Below, piece by piece: positions 45,044-53,740 of a stretch of DNA of 64,000 nucleotides (its first letter is position 1; each line of letters starts with the position of its first letter). Below the pieces are notes generated by a model. That model was not told where the DNA came from and did not search any database. It worked only from the letters and a program-made list of their open reading frames with translations. The position numbers and the translations under genes are program-made. Source of the stretch: Deltaproteobacteria bacterium (GTDB taxonomy: Bacteria; Myxococcota_A; Polyangia; JAAYKL01); the NCBI GenBank assembly GCA_016935665.1, contig JAFGQN010000070.1, positions 378 to 64,377 of the forward strand. The letters run 5' to 3'.

Positions 45044-45354
45044 ATGGCAATGTTTTCATTACTCGCGCTGGCATTGACCGGTTCATTGATTGCATTCGTG
45101 CACGCGTTTTACGGGCATAAAAAAATCGGAATGACCACGCGTCCTGTGAAACCGAGTAAAAGGACACAGCGTTGACACCGCATATACTCACGCTGCCTCT
45201 TTTCGCCGCCATGGCCGCGTTGCCGGCGGTGCTGATGCCTGATGCGTTTCTTAAGCCGACCGGAATTGCCATGGTGGGCGGCATTATAGTTATCGCGTAT
45301 TTCTCCACCGTCCTGCTGCCATCGCTGCCTGAACGAAAGCGCCGGCAAGGATGA
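45044..45354 (+). pseudogene. remnant of the C-terminal end of an RND/MMPL-type transporter, split by a frameshift
   Basis: Two short ORFs lie in different frames. The first is MAMFSLLALALTGSLIAFVHAF... ending at 45175. The second, 45172..45354, reads ...KPTGIAMVGGIIVIAYFSTVLLPSLPERKRR and looks like the final TM helices of RND permeases. There is no upstream body. Confidence 0.35.
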
Positions 45355-45578
45355 CGACACTTTGTTAAGGGAAAAAACCATCTTCAACAGTCGAGTCAAA
45401 GGGATGGGGAATTTTTAAATCGTATCCGATAGGAAGGCAGAGAAACAGCCGCTCGACGCAGTTAGATCAGGCATTGCGTCTCATGATTATAATGGATGAA
45501 AACAGCCACGATTATAAAGGGAATGGATGAATTCGTCCTGACGTATCTGATTGAAGCGAAATCAACACAATAAACAAA

Positions 45579-45944
45579 ATGGGTCTCTTCCTGGTTGGTT
45601 GTGTCGCCGGAAATGAGGGTATGCCCGGCGCACCTATTCTTCATTTGAGTCTACTGGTGGACGCGCCTACTGGCTCCGTTACGGGACATGCAATGCTGGC
45701 ACAGGCCGTGGCGCCTCCTTACGGCGAAATTAAAATCACCAATATCACCGGCCATCTGCAATCCACCGGGTTTGGCAAATACACTAAGGTGGTGGCGTTG
45801 AAAGGCGAAGCCCTCATTTCTTTCCCACCACCGGCCATTGGCAGTTACCTCGAACTGTTTAGCGGCCATTTTGCCATCAATGACAGGCAACCGTATATAC
45901 ATGGCTCACAAAGACGAGCTGGAAGGTCGTCCGATAGCCCATGA
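45579..45944 (+). CDS. DUF1842-like protein (tentative; possible frameshift near 45890)
   Basis: GLFLVGCVAGNEGMPGAPILHLSLLVDAPTGSVTGHAMLAQAVAPPYGE...GFGKYTKVVALKGEALISFPPPAIGSY fits my recollection of DUF1842. An overlapping ORF (ATG 45901..46059) continues in another frame. Confidence 0.4.
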   Translation: MGLFLVGCVAGNEGMPGAPILHLSLLVDAPTGSVTGHAMLAQAVAPPYGEIKITNITGHLQSTGFGKYTKVVALKGEALISFPPPAIGSYLELFSGHFAINDRQPYIHGSQRRAGRSSDSP

Positions 45945-46064
45945 GGATGTTTTCAACAGGTACTCCATCGAATACGTAGCTGGAAAACTGGAAGATGCCC
46001 AATTTAGAAAAGTTCAGTGGACAAACGAAGACGAGTACTATATTTCGTGCAGGAAATGACGTCC

Positions 46065-47309
46065 ATGAAATATGATATTTTGATTTGGATATTCCTGACG
46101 CTGATTACAGCGACTGGTCATGCTGGCATCCATCCTGCCCCTAAAAAGTCTGCGTCCACAGCGATGCCGGTCAAATGGCGCCCGGCCGCTGTGCTTTTGC
46201 CAGCGCGTGAGGGAAACTCCGTATCGATGCTTCCGGACGGTCGGGTGCTGGTCGCCGGGGGAATTAAGGGAAAAAAATATCTGAAAAGCGCATTCATCTG
46301 GAATCCCGTGAACAATCGGTGGAAAACCGTGGCGTCGCTTTCGTCGCCCCGTGCAAATCATAGCGCCACTGTGTTAAATGATGGTCGTGTGCTGGTGGCA
46401 GGAGGCACGACCGGTGCCGATGATATGTCTTCGCCGCAACCGGAAATCTGGAATCCGGTAACCAATACATGGACTCATACAGGCCGTATGAACGAAGAGC
46501 GCATTCACTACGGCGCAGTGCTGCTTGCAGATGGTCGCGTTCTGGTGGTGGGGGGCGCACCTGCAGGCAATTCGTGGACTTCTGAAGTACTGTTGAGCGC
46601 AGAAATATGGAACCCGTATACAGGAGCATGGACAACGGTTGCTTCAATGAAGACAAAACGGATTTACCCCTCCGTAACGCGCCTTGAAAACGGCCATGTT
46701 CTCGTGCTGGGCGGTATTATCCACAGTGGGATTCCCGAAGTATACGACCCGGCAGCGAATCGGTGGTCCTCCACCGGCAAAATGGTAACGGTGCAAAAGG
46801 CTTCTCGCAGCGGTATGGAAGATGCCCGGCCCATCGACAACTTTACGGCAACATTGCTTCTTGATGGTCGTGTTTTGGTTGTGGGGGGGCGCTGGATGAT
46901 GTCACAGGCGCTGCTTGAAACGTCGCAAATATACGACCCGAACACCAATTTCTGGCAGGCCACAGGGAATCTTGCAATGGGACGAATCGCCCACGTTGCA
47001 GCGTTGCTGCCGGATGGCCGGGTACTGATAGCAGGTGGGCAACGGTGGGGATTCGCAAATGCCGCCGCTGAGCGACGCGCCGCCAAAGAAGCCTGTGAGG
47101 GCTATTGGGCTCCCGATATTCCAATTCGAGAGGCCGAGTTGTGGGATCCCGCGACAGGCCAATGGCAATCCGCCGGCCGACTCAAATGGGGGCGATGGTC
47201 TGCAACTGCAGTCACGCTGCCCGATGGCCGGGTGATGGTAGTGGGGGGAATGACAAAGGGGGACCGCCCCGTGGGACAGACGGAGCTGTGGGGTATTAAA
47301 AAAAAATAA
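46065..47309 (+). CDS. secreted Kelch-repeat beta-propeller protein
   Basis: Signal peptide MKYDILIWIFLTLITATGHAG. Six or more blades carry DGRVLVAGG/VVGG plus W-x-x-x-x-L/M motifs (LPDGRVLVAGG, LNDGRVLVAGG, LADGRVLVVGG, LENGHVLVLGG, LLDGRVLVVGG, LPDGRVLIAGG, LPDGRVMVVGG). Confidence 0.85.
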   Translation: MKYDILIWIFLTLITATGHAGIHPAPKKSASTAMPVKWRPAAVLLPAREGNSVSMLPDGRVLVAGGIKGKKYLKSAFIWNPVNNRWKTVASLSSPRANHSATVLNDGRVLVAGGTTGADDMSSPQPEIWNPVTNTWTHTGRMNEERIHYGAVLLADGRVLVVGGAPAGNSWTSEVLLSAEIWNPYTGAWTTVASMKTKRIYPSVTRLENGHVLVLGGIIHSGIPEVYDPAANRWSSTGKMVTVQKASRSGMEDARPIDNFTATLLLDGRVLVVGGRWMMSQALLETSQIYDPNTNFWQATGNLAMGRIAHVAALLPDGRVLIAGGQRWGFANAAAERRAAKEACEGYWAPDIPIREAELWDPATGQWQSAGRLKWGRWSATAVTLPDGRVMVVGGMTKGDRPVGQTELWGIKKK

Positions 47310-47361
47310 CCAGTTCGCCCATACCCGCGGCACGTCAATGCGCTGTAAATGCCAAAGGAAA

Positions 47362-47600
47362 AATGACGATGTCCCCAAATAAACAGGGTTGGAATATTGG
47401 CAATACTCTGGCGTTGGGGGAGCGAGACGGCGTGGGGGAATCCATTAATCGCCGAAGAATATGTGAAATTTGTATAGCAAACGGCCTTTAGTGCCATTCG
47501 CCTGCCATGTACGTGGGGCCAGTAAGTCGATCAGAATACAGCAAATATCGACGCAACACGTCGGCAGCCGACTGTTTTTGGAAGATCGCCCCCTGAAATT
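47362..47600 (+). pseudogene. decayed N-terminal fragment of a GH5-type endoglucanase
   Basis: Frame A reads KQGWNIGNTLA. After a +1 shift it reads SETAWGNPLIAEEYVKFV*QTAFSAIRLPCTWGQ*VDQNTANID. That gives the GH5 hallmarks GWNxGNxL, ETAWGNP and (G)F..(I)R(L)P..W, interrupted by one frameshift and two stops. Confidence 0.5.
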
Positions 47601-47998
47601 CGGTTGTCTTTCGCGTTCCGGTTTGTTAGAAGATCATCAAGTGCAGTTTACTGTCGTAAGAATTGAAACGGAAACGACCAGAAAAACCGGAATATCTGTT
47701 TTGCAAATAAAACTCTTCAGGGGCACTTTCTTTTATGGAGATGGAATTCGTCTCCTTCTCCGAAAAAAGATTCCCACAATAATGAATTCATTAATGCTCC
47801 AAAGGGTCAAAGGGGTTTCTTTCATGCGTTGGTTTCTCAGAGGAAAGCAGCGATGTAAAATGAATACCCAAACGATGCAATTCAAACGATACAAAACGCG
47901 TACACTATGTCCGATTGTTGAACGGGTCATGACAATATAGCCAATGACAGACAACGATGCCGTTGGCTTGTTAACTTTTCCTTTAAGGAGGAAGTCGT

Positions 47999-49519
47999 AT
48001 GAGTAAACAAACGATAATCAAACGAACGCTTTTAGTAATATTAACCGTAGTTCTAGCGGCATATCTGACCGGTGGCGCGTGTGATGACGGCCCAGGGGGG
48101 GGAGGTAATCCACTTGACGCCACCGAGGACTTGTGTGGCGAGTGCCCCACTGTTGAGGGCGGCGGTGTCAACTTCACCGGTGATGCCCGAGTGGATGGGT
48201 TGTTTGCCGCCATTGGTAATCTAAAGGCATCTACCGGCAGTATCAATGCCAATTTTAATGCCGAAATTAAAGCATTGGCCGAACTCTACGGTTTGAATGT
48301 GACCACCATGAACACGGCTGACGCAGTTGCAGAAGTGAAGGGCGCCATTGAGGCGGACATCAAAGCCCATGTGGAAGGTGGCGTCAGTTCCGGCCTGAGT
48401 GTGAACTTCCAGAAACCCAAATGTACCGCCAATGCCAGTCTGGCGGTGGAAGCGTCAGCAAAATGTCAGGCAGAGGCCGATTGCGAGATCAGCGCCGAAT
48501 GTGAGGCCGGAGAATTGAATGTGCACTGCGAAGGTCAATGCTCCGGTTCCTGTGAAGGGGGCTGCGATTCCGGGTCTATTCCCCAATGCAAAGTGGAACT
48601 CGATGCTTCAGGCGTTTGCAAAGGCGAATGCTCCGGTTCCTGTGAAGTAACCGGTCCTTCTTTTGAGTGCAAAGGTGAATGTTCCGGGTCGTGTACTGTT
48701 GAGGCGGGCATGCGCTGCGAAGGCACCTGTGATGGCAACTGTACCGGAACCTGCGATGGTGACACTATTGACGGCGGCAGCTGCTCCGGTCGATGCGAAG
48801 GTAAATGCGATGCCGAATGCACCATTCAGGGGTCGGGCAAATGCGAAGGCAAATGCAATGGCTCCTGCGAATACACTCCCGCGGATGGAACCTGTGAAGG
48901 ATCGTGCAAAGGCGAATGCAAAGTTGAACTGAAAGGCGAAGCTGAATGTGACAACGGCGAGCCCCCCAGTTGCAAAGGGTCGTGCAAAGGCGAATGTTCC
49001 GGTTCCTGTGAAGGCAATGTCACCCCGCCGTCCTGCACTGCAGAAGGTAAATGCGAAGCCAAAGCCGACTGTGAGGCGTCTGCATCTGCGCAGGCCAATG
49101 CCAGCCTGGAGTGCACGCCACCCTCTCTGGAAATCAGCTACGCGCTTAAAGCCAGTTTGGAAGCCGACGGTGAAGCCAACGCCGCAGCCAACTTCAAAGC
49201 CAGAATGGAAGTTTTCAAAAAATCCATGATGAGCATTGCCCAGGGCGCCTTTAAAATGAAAGGCCTGGTCACCGGTGACGCAGACCTCGACATCGAGCCG
49301 CCTGTTGAAACTATTGGTGTCCAGGTGAAAGCCATTGGTGAAGCACTTACCAGCGGTGACTTAAACATCGATATTCCTCCGCTTCGAATTACCTGTGCAG
49401 CTGCGGCTGCCAAAGAAGCAATAGAAGCCCTTGGCAACATCAAATCCGATGTGAAAGCCACCGCCAAAGGCCAGGCGGAGATGATGGCTATCCTCAATCT
49501 CGACGGCGGACTGAAATAA
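47999..49519 (+). CDS. lipoprotein with a ~230-aa CxxxC cysteine-ladder core
   Basis: AAGGAGG RBS and a signal peptide ending LTGGAC. The core consists of modules such as CEGQCSGSCEGGC, CKGECSGSC (x2), CEGTCDGNCTGTC, CSGRCEGKCDAEC, CEGKCNGSC, CEGSCKGEC and CKGSCKGECSGSC, with ~38 Cys by my count. The flanks are Ala-rich and helical. Confidence 0.9.
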   Translation: MSKQTIIKRTLLVILTVVLAAYLTGGACDDGPGGGGNPLDATEDLCGECPTVEGGGVNFTGDARVDGLFAAIGNLKASTGSINANFNAEIKALAELYGLNVTTMNTADAVAEVKGAIEADIKAHVEGGVSSGLSVNFQKPKCTANASLAVEASAKCQAEADCEISAECEAGELNVHCEGQCSGSCEGGCDSGSIPQCKVELDASGVCKGECSGSCEVTGPSFECKGECSGSCTVEAGMRCEGTCDGNCTGTCDGDTIDGGSCSGRCEGKCDAECTIQGSGKCEGKCNGSCEYTPADGTCEGSCKGECKVELKGEAECDNGEPPSCKGSCKGECSGSCEGNVTPPSCTAEGKCEAKADCEASASAQANASLECTPPSLEISYALKASLEADGEANAAANFKARMEVFKKSMMSIAQGAFKMKGLVTGDADLDIEPPVETIGVQVKAIGEALTSGDLNIDIPPLRITCAAAAAKEAIEALGNIKSDVKATAKGQAEMMAILNLDGGLK

Positions 49520-49613
49520 ACCTCACCTGATTCAATTTTTTCAAACATGTTCAAGAGGTCCTTACAGCACACCTGCGCCTGAAACCTGAAACTGGGCCGT
49601 TTACAGTTCATCG

Positions 49614-49823
49614 GTGATCATTGGCGCTGTCCTTGTGGTATTGACCACCGCGCTGATTGTCCTGGATGCCAAAAGAAAAGCGGCAGTGTTTGCGATCATT
49701 GGCAGCGGAACGATGGTGCTCGAAGTGATAATGCTGGTTGCGGGACTTGCATTGCTTATTGTCCTGACCGTTAACGTCTCCAAATCTGCCATCGCCAGAT
49801 ATAAAGAATCCCACGCCGCGTAA
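49614..49823 (+). CDS. small two-TM membrane protein (69 aa)
   Basis: GTG start. Two hydrophobic helices: IIGAVLVVLTTALIVL and MVLEVIMLVAGLALLIVLTV. No family call. Confidence 0.4.
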   Translation: MIIGAVLVVLTTALIVLDAKRKAAVFAIIGSGTMVLEVIMLVAGLALLIVLTVNVSKSAIARYKESHAA

Positions 49824-49833
49824 AACCGTGGTT

Positions 49834-49856
49834 CATGCGGTCCATGCGTCCGCATG
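49834..49856. terminator. GC-rich hairpin between convergent genes (CATGCGG-N9-CCGCATG)
   Basis: Perfect 7-bp stem at 49834-49840 and 49850-49856. It sits in the 41-nt gap between the stops at 49823 (+) and 49865 (-). Confidence 0.45.
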
Positions 49857-49864
49857 GCAAACCG

Positions 49865-52800
49865 TCAATTACATTGTCCCTGGGGAAATACATCCTGATA
49901 ACTGTAGGTCACGTTTAACAGAATATCCTGCAGGTTATTCCAGTTCAGTCTGGCGTTTTCACCTATCTGGGTGTCGATGAGCACCGTGTACTGAGATGCC
50001 AGCGGCAATCCGCCGAGCGTGGCATTGGCCGAAGCTTCTGTCCGCCACCCGTTGATTCCCGCCAGTGGTGAAATGGAGCGCCCAGGGGTTCGCAGCATCG
50101 TGATTTCGCCAAAGTTGGTCAGTTCCTCGCCAATCAGTTCCACGTATTCCGTTATGCCCGGCTGACAGGAACGCAGTTGGCTGGTGCCGTCATACAGAAT
50201 TGTCACGGTTGGATTGGCAGTGCCAATATCGCCAACCAGCTGAATGGCAATGGAGACCACTTTGGCGTTACAGGTGGAGGCCAGGTTGGCAAAATCCGAC
50301 ATGCTGATATCAAACGTCGACGACAGTACACGGCCAGTGTCGGTGATTAAATCACCAATTGTTGAATCGGTGCTGTACCGGACCCGCTTGTCAATGGGCA
50401 CATAGCCATCTGATAAAATTCTTCGAAACCGTTCTTCAGCACTCAGCTCTTCACCGGTCACTTCATCCACTATTGGACTGGTCAGATTCATCAGATCTCT
50501 GCGGACGGAAATTTCGGTCGTCTCCGTATTTTGAGCACCACCGCAGCTGGCTTCGAGGCGCTTCAGTTCTTCGGCGATGTCTTCCAGCTGGTAGGGATTC
50601 ACTGCCAGATGAATCTGCACGCGCTGGTCCATAAAGGGACGCACGGCATAGTATTCCAGACCCACCAGCCAATCCATCAGCTTTTCCCTGGCCCGCTGCA
50701 GGCGCGTCTCTGCTTGAGACAACTTATTCGATTTCGCAAAAACCGCCGCGGGACTGCCTACCAGTCCGTTGACATCGGCACGCTGGGCCTCAAGATCTCT
50801 GAGCCGGGCATCCTGAAGCTCCGCTGTTTGCACCACCTTCAGATACGCATTGACGCGCTGGGTAAAGTTTGCCTTGGCGCGTTCGACGCGCAAACTTAAT
50901 CCGGCACTGTCTTCGAGCATTTGCTTGTACTGTTTGCGGCGCTGTTCCAGTTCATCGAGATCGCGGAAATACGCCAGTTCGTTATTTCGCTGCTGCACGG
51001 CTACGTCGTATATTTCCTGCAGCGCGCCAATCTCATCATCGTTCTGTGCAGCGGCGAGTTCCAGCTGATCTTCCAGAGCCGCAATTTCAGCTTCCGTGAT
51101 TGCGTCCGCGAGGGCTGCGCCTTCTTCCCAGGTCTGGAGCGTGGCCTCTCTGATGGCCTGATTGTATTCAAGCATTATTTCAAGCGCGGTTGCACTGTTG
51201 TTGGCCAGAATACCCGCCTGGCGAAGACCATTGGCAGTACTGCAGCCGGTCAATAACGCTGAGGCGCGGGCTGCGGAAGTTGCGTCATTGGCGGTGCCAA
51301 CCACCATGGGCAGCGCTTCGGCCGCAGTTTCTCCGGCGGAAATCGCGATTTCCGCACTTAAATTAAGGTTGGCTTCTATCCCGCGATACGCTGCAGCGCC
51401 GGTTTCAAGTGCCAGGTCGGTTGCCGCCCCCGCGAGCCTGACACCGGTCCACACCCCGTAAAATGAAGCATTCCGTGCAATCTGGGCCCCTCGCTTCTCG
51501 GCCTTTGCCTTAATTGCGGCTTCCAGTTCGTTCATGGTTTGGCTGCTCCATGCGCCCTGATCCGCCAGCAGCGTCTTAAGTTCCTTCAATCCCGCTGCGC
51601 GCATTGAATCCCATTTTTTAACCGATTCGATGAATCTGTTTAACGCGGTGAATTCAAGTTGCAGCTTTTCATTGAATGCACGGACCTCCTCATTGGCGAT
51701 TTTCACGCTGTTCCCGGATTCGTATACCGCCAGCAATGCCTGTTCCGCGTCGGAACCGCTCGCGGTTGTCGCATCTATATTCATGATTCTGAGAGACTCT
51801 TTTTCAACTGCGAATCCGCACTGTCCGGCGGCAGTGAGCACACGACACTGTTCGTTGGTGCGAAACTCCTCAAGAGAGCACCCCACAGGAAGGCCGCAAA
51901 GGCCGACCAGTTCAGTTCTCAAATCATTTATTTCGTTGTTCAGCTGATTGTTCAGCTGGGTTTCATCCAGCAGGGCCGCCTGCGTTTCCGCCAGCACGGT
52001 CTGTACTGATTGAGATGCTCTGGCAATTTCAGCGGTGGCTTCTTTCTGAAGATTCGCCAGAAGCGAGGTGTTTTTTGTTTCCTGATCTTCCGGTGATAAC
52101 GAGGTGGAGACCACAATTTCAGCGTCTCTTGAAAATATTTTGTCATCAAATGACAACGACAGCATGCCGGCACGGCGCATCAGCTGAGCGAAACCGTTGC
52201 CAAACGCCGTTGCCTGATAACCGCTTCCACTGTCTTTGGTGATATTTGTCAATATGCCCGCCATCAGATACAGATCGAACATCTGAGACGTCACGTATTC
52301 ACTTTTAATCTCCCGTTCTCCGGCTTCCGTATAGAGATGGTCCCATCTGGCCGTTGCCAGAGACAGTGCATCGGCGCTGCTGCGCCACGCCTGAATCATT
52401 TCGGAGAACAGTCGCGCACGCGCAGTTTTCGCATCCTCGTCATTGGTTGTTCTGGTGAGCACCGCCAAACCGGATGCGTCAAAATAGCCGCCTAAAACAG
52501 CCATGTGCACATCGAGTACCCCGGCCTGCCATTCGCTCAGCATTCCGCCGATAAGATCCTTCACCGCACTGGTCACAATCGCCGGATAGTCGCTGGTCTT
52601 CAACCACTCCAGTCGGGTATCCGTATCAATCTTAAAGGCCGCGAGCTGCCGTCCAAGAAATGCTTCTCGGGTAATGAGCGAATAGTTTTTAACCAACTCC
52701 GCCGCCTGAGGCGCCTCCTCTGACTGGTTCTGATATGCATGCGCCAGCAGTTGCCGGGCGCACAGTATACCGGCATTGGGAACACATGTGTTATTGGTCC

Positions 52801-53740
52801 CTTTGGCGCAATCATCCAGAAATTCAGAAAAACTGCCAGCGGTGGCGTTTGGGGCGCCAGGGTTCAAAAAGGCTTCCAGCTGTTTGCTCATCAGATTGCC
52901 ATCGCCAAGGGCCAAAGTGGCGAGCGAAAGGGCGCATGCTATCTGCTGATCATTTGATGCATTTTCAAACTCGATGTTGGTAGTGATGGCCCCACAGCCG
53001 GCAAACAGCGTCGCATCGCTGCAGCTGTTGGTCGGAGGAGATGGAATCGCACCGGGACTCGCCATGCTAAGATTTTCAGATACCCGCATATCTGTAAACG
53101 TTGGGGCATCTCCCTGCCGCGTCATCTCAAGATCGCCTTCAAACACAACATCCACCAGTTCCTCAACACCCGAAGCGGAAAGACTGCTGTAAAAGCCTTC
53201 CCAGCGATCAGAAAAGCGTCCAATAATCATGTCTTTTTCAAAGGGCTCAATTTCAAATCGCAGAATTCTGCCTATCTGTCCCGGTGTTGAGGTATTGCTC
53301 AATGCGGAATCCGCCAGTACAAATTCGTTCTCGAAAACCGCCACCCACTTGCTGATAAGCGTATCGTAAATCAATTCTGCCGTCAGATATTCAGGCGCAT
53401 TGGCATATGCTTCAACCGGTGAAAACAGATTTCCCCTGGATACATCGAGCAGGAGCCATGCCTGGCTGGCATTGGCAAGAGATGCGTTGTCCGGGCTGGT
53501 CACAATCCTGAATGCCACCGGTAAACCAACACCGCCAAACACACTGATTTTGGCCGTGCCCACATACTGTCCCGCAAACGGCTGTTGCGGAATCATTAAA
53601 AATCGGAATGACCCCAGTGTTGAGTTGATAACCACGTTCACCGGTTCACCCTCGATTGAAGGACTTGCCTTCCCGACCGGAATCTGCAGTGTCGCGATGA
53701 CCTCGCCATTTTCCTGGACGACAACAGGGGCTCGAAGCAC
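49865..53740 (-). CDS. 1,291-aa protein of unknown family (beta-rich N-part, long helical/coiled middle, beta-rich Cys-terminated C-part); no signal peptide of its own
   Basis: Long clean ORF. It starts with a GTG that directly abuts the TAG of the upstream ORF in the same frame. It has helical heptad-like stretches (AALEDQLELAAAQNDDEIGALQEIYDVAVQQRNNELAYFRDLDELEQRRKQYKQ...). The C-terminus is ...LNWNNLQDILLNVTYSYQDVFPQGQCN. Confidence 0.85.
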   Translation of the reverse strand: MLRAPVVVQENGEVIATLQIPVGKASPSIEGEPVNVVINSTLGSFRFLMIPQQPFAGQYVGTAKISVFGGVGLPVAFRIVTSPDNASLANASQAWLLLDVSRGNLFSPVEAYANAPEYLTAELIYDTLISKWVAVFENEFVLADSALSNTSTPGQIGRILRFEIEPFEKDMIIGRFSDRWEGFYSSLSASGVEELVDVVFEGDLEMTRQGDAPTFTDMRVSENLSMASPGAIPSPPTNSCSDATLFAGCGAITTNIEFENASNDQQIACALSLATLALGDGNLMSKQLEAFLNPGAPNATAGSFSEFLDDCAKGTNNTCVPNAGILCARQLLAHAYQNQSEEAPQAAELVKNYSLITREAFLGRQLAAFKIDTDTRLEWLKTSDYPAIVTSAVKDLIGGMLSEWQAGVLDVHMAVLGGYFDASGLAVLTRTTNDEDAKTARARLFSEMIQAWRSSADALSLATARWDHLYTEAGEREIKSEYVTSQMFDLYLMAGILTNITKDSGSGYQATAFGNGFAQLMRRAGMLSLSFDDKIFSRDAEIVVSTSLSPEDQETKNTSLLANLQKEATAEIARASQSVQTVLAETQAALLDETQLNNQLNNEINDLRTELVGLCGLPVGCSLEEFRTNEQCRVLTAAGQCGFAVEKESLRIMNIDATTASGSDAEQALLAVYESGNSVKIANEEVRAFNEKLQLEFTALNRFIESVKKWDSMRAAGLKELKTLLADQGAWSSQTMNELEAAIKAKAEKRGAQIARNASFYGVWTGVRLAGAATDLALETGAAAYRGIEANLNLSAEIAISAGETAAEALPMVVGTANDATSAARASALLTGCSTANGLRQAGILANNSATALEIMLEYNQAIREATLQTWEEGAALADAITEAEIAALEDQLELAAAQNDDEIGALQEIYDVAVQQRNNELAYFRDLDELEQRRKQYKQMLEDSAGLSLRVERAKANFTQRVNAYLKVVQTAELQDARLRDLEAQRADVNGLVGSPAAVFAKSNKLSQAETRLQRAREKLMDWLVGLEYYAVRPFMDQRVQIHLAVNPYQLEDIAEELKRLEASCGGAQNTETTEISVRRDLMNLTSPIVDEVTGEELSAEERFRRILSDGYVPIDKRVRYSTDSTIGDLITDTGRVLSSTFDISMSDFANLASTCNAKVVSIAIQLVGDIGTANPTVTILYDGTSQLRSCQPGITEYVELIGEELTNFGEITMLRTPGRSISPLAGINGWRTEASANATLGGLPLASQYTVLIDTQIGENARLNWNNLQDILLNVTYSYQDVFPQGQCN

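Noticed and set aside
47470-47940. 156-aa plus-strand ORF and 73-aa minus-strand ORF in the gap before the Cys-ladder gene
   Set aside because: The first part of the 156-aa ORF is an out-of-frame read of the GH5 relic. The composition is odd, there is no RBS and no motif. The gap is better explained as decayed DNA plus the promoter/RBS of the gene at 47999.
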